This document shows positions 54,641 to 56,719 of a stretch of DNA of 56,719 nucleotides, piece by piece (the stretch's first letter is position 1; each line of letters opens with the position of its first letter). Made by a program: the position numbers and the translations under genes. The notes beneath the pieces are model-generated. The model was not told the origin of the DNA. It worked only from the letters and a program-made list of their open reading frames with translations, and ran no database searches. This DNA comes from Parcubacteria group bacterium (lineage in GTDB: Bacteria > Patescibacteriota > Minisyncoccia > Phycocordibacterales > UBA2135), in contig JACOWN010000006.1 in the NCBI GenBank assembly GCA_016176785.1, forward strand, positions 1 to 56,719, written 5' to 3'.

Positions 54641-55114
54641 TCATGACCGTAGCTTTTTGCAGCTCTTCAAGCGCTCCTCAAAAAATGAGACGGTTTTTTC
54701 CCCGAAGATATCAACCGCTTCCTTACGGTTGAGCTCCCCTTTGTTGCCATCGTAATCCCAAGCCAGTATTTGTGAAAACCGCCGACCGCCATCGTCCGAT
54801 TCATACTCATATTCATGGGTCACCTTGCCAACGGCTCGATATCTAATCCAATCTATTACTTCTTCTCTGTCACAGTAATCGTAGTGGGGACATTGCACCC
54901 CGTCAATGGTCTTGTATCCGACTATTTTCGGCCGCGTCCCAAAGAAAACGCCGAGGAGATATTCTCTTCCCCTTACATCGAAAACGGCTTTTGAAAAAAC
55001 CCTTCCTCTGACCACAGAAAAACCCAAATTTTCGGGACCATGACAAGAATCCCGTTTGTTTTTCCTGTTCTCGTTTCTCTTTTTAAGATACCGGCAAAAA
55101 TGTTGAGTCGGCAT
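54641..55114 (-). CDS. Hypothetical protein (157 aa) in a more A/T-rich segment
   Basis: The ATG at 55112-55114 gives MPTQHFCRYLKKRNENRKNKRDSCHG... I recognise no motif. Confidence 0.55.
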   Translation of the reverse strand: MPTQHFCRYLKKRNENRKNKRDSCHGPENLGFSVVRGRVFSKAVFDVRGREYLLGVFFGTRPKIVGYKTIDGVQCPHYDYCDREEVIDWIRYRAVGKVTHEYEYESDDGGRRFSQILAWDYDGNKGELNRKEAVDIFGEKTVSFFEERLKSCKKLRS

Positions 55115-55475
55115 AATCACTCTTTAAACATCCGATGCCTAGTGATTATCGGGTGTTCAAAAAGGGAGCGGAGCGAAACAACAACGCGTTCCGCATCCGC
55201 AAGAACAAAAAGGAGGATGGTGGAAAAACCAATCGGCGGGGCTAGGCAAATGCGCGGACGCATCGCCGTACCCGCATGACACCAGACCCGAGAAACGGTG
55301 TTTCCTCGGCGGCAGCTTTCGCTTCCCCCGGCCCCCATCCGCTTATTACGCGAATTACGGGACTGGAAAAGTTTTGTTAAGCGACGATTGGATTCCCCGC
55401 CGCGACACGCTTTCACGTATCGGCGGAGGAGCCAATCGTGAATTATATGAACAAATCCTTATCCTCTTCTCTCCC

Positions 55476-55694
55476 TCAGTGCAACGCCACTGAGGTGCGG
55501 TCATACATGTCCTTCGGATGCTCGGCGCTTTCGCCGTTATGATAGGCGAGCGCCTGTTCGACGAAACGGCGCGCCGCCGCCTCGCTCTCCTCGCACCCGA
55601 TGCAAACAATTTCATCGCCGTCATCGTCGTGTCGAACGATGACGGCGGACCATTCGCCCCGCTCGGGGGAGAAGGAAACCAACGAGATGAGCAT
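55476..55694 (-). CDS. Hypothetical small acidic protein (72 aa), weakly HicB/UPF0150-like in pattern
   Basis: MLISLVSFSPERGEWSAVIVRHDDDGDEIVCIGCEESEAAARRFVEQALAYH... Confidence 0.5.
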   Translation of the reverse strand: MLISLVSFSPERGEWSAVIVRHDDDGDEIVCIGCEESEAAARRFVEQALAYHNGESAEHPKDMYDRTSVALH

Positions 55695-55737
55695 CTCTAC
55701 TCCTCTCCTCCATCATTTTCAAAAAACTTAACCTCTG

Positions 55738-55781
55738 TCTCCGCGCCCTATTCGCTTATTCGTACGAATAAGACGCGGAGA
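55738..55781. promoter_or_regulatory. Compound inverted repeat upstream of the 72-aa gene (candidate operator)
   Basis: TCTCCGCGccctattcgCTTATTCGTACGAATAAGaCGCGGAGA, which contains an 18-bp perfect palindrome at 55755-55772. Confidence 0.45.
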
Positions 55782-55954
55782 AAAGGTGGTCTCATTTTGC
55801 ATCCCCTTACCCCACAAAAAACTCGGGGGGTAGATGCACGGGGGAGACCAAAATTTCCCCGACCTTTGTTAAAAAAGAGAACTTCGCCCCGCGGTCTCGC
55901 CCGTGCTTATTTTTTCACACGGGTTCCCCGCTCACGCCCGGGCCGGGCGGTGCC

Positions 55955-56398
55955 TCACACGCGCCGAACCTCATAGGTGGAGATACCGGCAACAAACTGC
56001 CGGACCTCCTCGAGGGTGAGCTCGCGCCCGCGGATCTCGGGAGGAACCCGCAGGGTGACTTCGGTCACCCTCCAGGTCTCCGCCGCAAGCCAAAGCGGCA
56101 TGACGCCGATGGCGTGCTTGCCGCGGACGTCCTCGACTATCGCGTGTTCGATGACGCGGTCGTCCGCGCCGACGAGTCCCCGCTCGCGCAGGTACTCAAC
56201 AAGTGCCCGGTGGCGTGTGATGACCACCCGCTCCACCGGGACTTCGCAGACATCTCTCCACGTCTTGCGTCCCAAACCGGGGACGCTCAGGAAAGCTGCC
56301 TCGCCCATCGAGCGAGCTTGCTCGATGGTGACGCCCGCCCGCGCGAGGGCCTTCGCCAGGGCAGTAGGCGTCGTCGTCAAATTCAAATCTTTCTTCAT
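55955..56398 (-). CDS. HhH motif + Csx16-like (Cas_VVA1548-type) domain protein
   Basis: ATG at 56398 after an aaggag SD. The N-terminus has FLSVPGLGRKTWRDV (HhH). The C-terminus VVITRHRALVEYLRERG...HAIGVMPLWLAAE...LRVPPEIRGRELTLEEVRQF...YEV matches my recollection of the Csx16/VVA1548 pattern. Confidence 0.65.
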   Translation of the reverse strand: MKKDLNLTTTPTALAKALARAGVTIEQARSMGEAAFLSVPGLGRKTWRDVCEVPVERVVITRHRALVEYLRERGLVGADDRVIEHAIVEDVRGKHAIGVMPLWLAAETWRVTEVTLRVPPEIRGRELTLEEVRQFVAGISTYEVRRV

Positions 56399-56596
56399 TC
56401 TCCGTCTCCTTTGCTTGAGCCAACGACCCGGTGTCACTGGCTCAAGAGAGGTGCCCAGATTTTCGCTGAGCACAAAAAAAAAAAGAACAAAAAAATGGTG
56501 TTCGGTTCCGGCATCGCGCGATGCCGATTGGGGTGGTTTCCCTACCCTAGCCCGTGCCTACCTCCCAATACTGTAGCAGGTCACCCGAACACATGG

Positions 56597-56719
56597 CTAA
56601 TCGTGCTCCTTTGGTGGGGCCTTTGCAACTCCACCGCCGGTTTCCCGCATCTTGCCGGTACTGGTCACGGCGCGGGGCACAAGAGGGCCTTGCACGACAT
56701 TGCCGAACCGGACTTTGAC
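56597..56719 (-). CDS. Possible C-terminal end of a gene that begins beyond the window
   Basis: The minus frame is open from the window edge to the TAG at 56597-56599 (...VKVRFGNVVQGPLVPRAVTSTGKMRETGGGVAKAPPKEHD), with GC-rich third positions. Confidence 0.3.
   Translation of the reverse strand, partial: VKVRFGNVVQGPLVPRAVTSTGKMRETGGGVAKAPPKEHD

Noticed and set aside
55117-55416. 99-aa minus-strand ORF and the overlapping 89-aa ORF (55355-55624) in the spacer.
   Set aside because: The translations are Arg/Ser/Cys-rich and implausible, and they overlap each other or the 72-aa gene. The region is treated as non-coding.
56480-56719. Possible RNase P RNA or another ncRNA. AAAGTCCGG occurs on the minus strand at the window edge and AACTCCACC on the plus strand.
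   Set aside because: The two RNase-P-like words are on opposite strands, the GGAAAGUCC context is imperfect, and I could not find the other conserved regions (GGUAAGAGCGCACC, ACAGAACCCGGCUUA). A minus-strand frame open to the window edge with GC-rich third positions explains the segment better. An Infernal scan would settle it.
1-56719. Search for CRISPR arrays, integrases, transposases, reverse transcriptase/DGR repeats and rRNA genes.
   Set aside because: I saw no regularly spaced direct repeats, no recombinase or RT motifs in any tracked ORF, and no rRNA-like sequence. This was done by eye and cannot exclude short or degenerate elements.

Overview
This 56.7 kb window looks like a streamlined, fairly GC-rich bacterial chromosome, most plausibly from a Candidate Phyla Radiation / Parcubacteria-like lineage. 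That placement is an inference from three things: L30 is missing between rpsE and rplO, rplA does not follow rplK, and the secreted proteins carry the NIGWISF-type repeats I associate with CPR. Most of the window is core information-processing machinery on the minus strand. It holds the str/S10/spc ribosomal cluster from rpsL to map, then rpmB, recO, ileS and argS. Next come a dut-tmk-dcd-thyX thymidylate locus, secE-nusG-rplK, pgk-tpiA, nusA-ppa, hup, rny, clpP-tig, ppsA and four tRNA genes (Gly, Ala, Pro, Val), none of which encodes CCA. Several items are non-routine. (1) IleRS carries a complete, apparently intact histidine-phosphatase domain nested between the halves of a zinc knuckle. (2) The conserved fusA-tuf junction is split by a translationally coupled two-gene cassette, one member of which is a DEDDh-like exonuclease fold lacking its DxE motif. 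(3) Two tRNA genes are followed by short structured inserts bounded by perfect direct repeats of the tRNA 3' end, and one of them lies next to a minimal GIY-YIG nuclease gene. (4) A family of perfect 40-44 bp palindromes occurs here, and one copy sits in frame inside a DNA glycosylase gene. (5) An intergenic element has three interleaved complementary segment pairs. (6) A more A/T-rich accessory stretch at the right end includes an orphan HhH + Csx16-like protein with no CRISPR array in view. All calls come from reading the sequence and the ORF translations. No database search was run, so family assignments rest on recognised motifs only.
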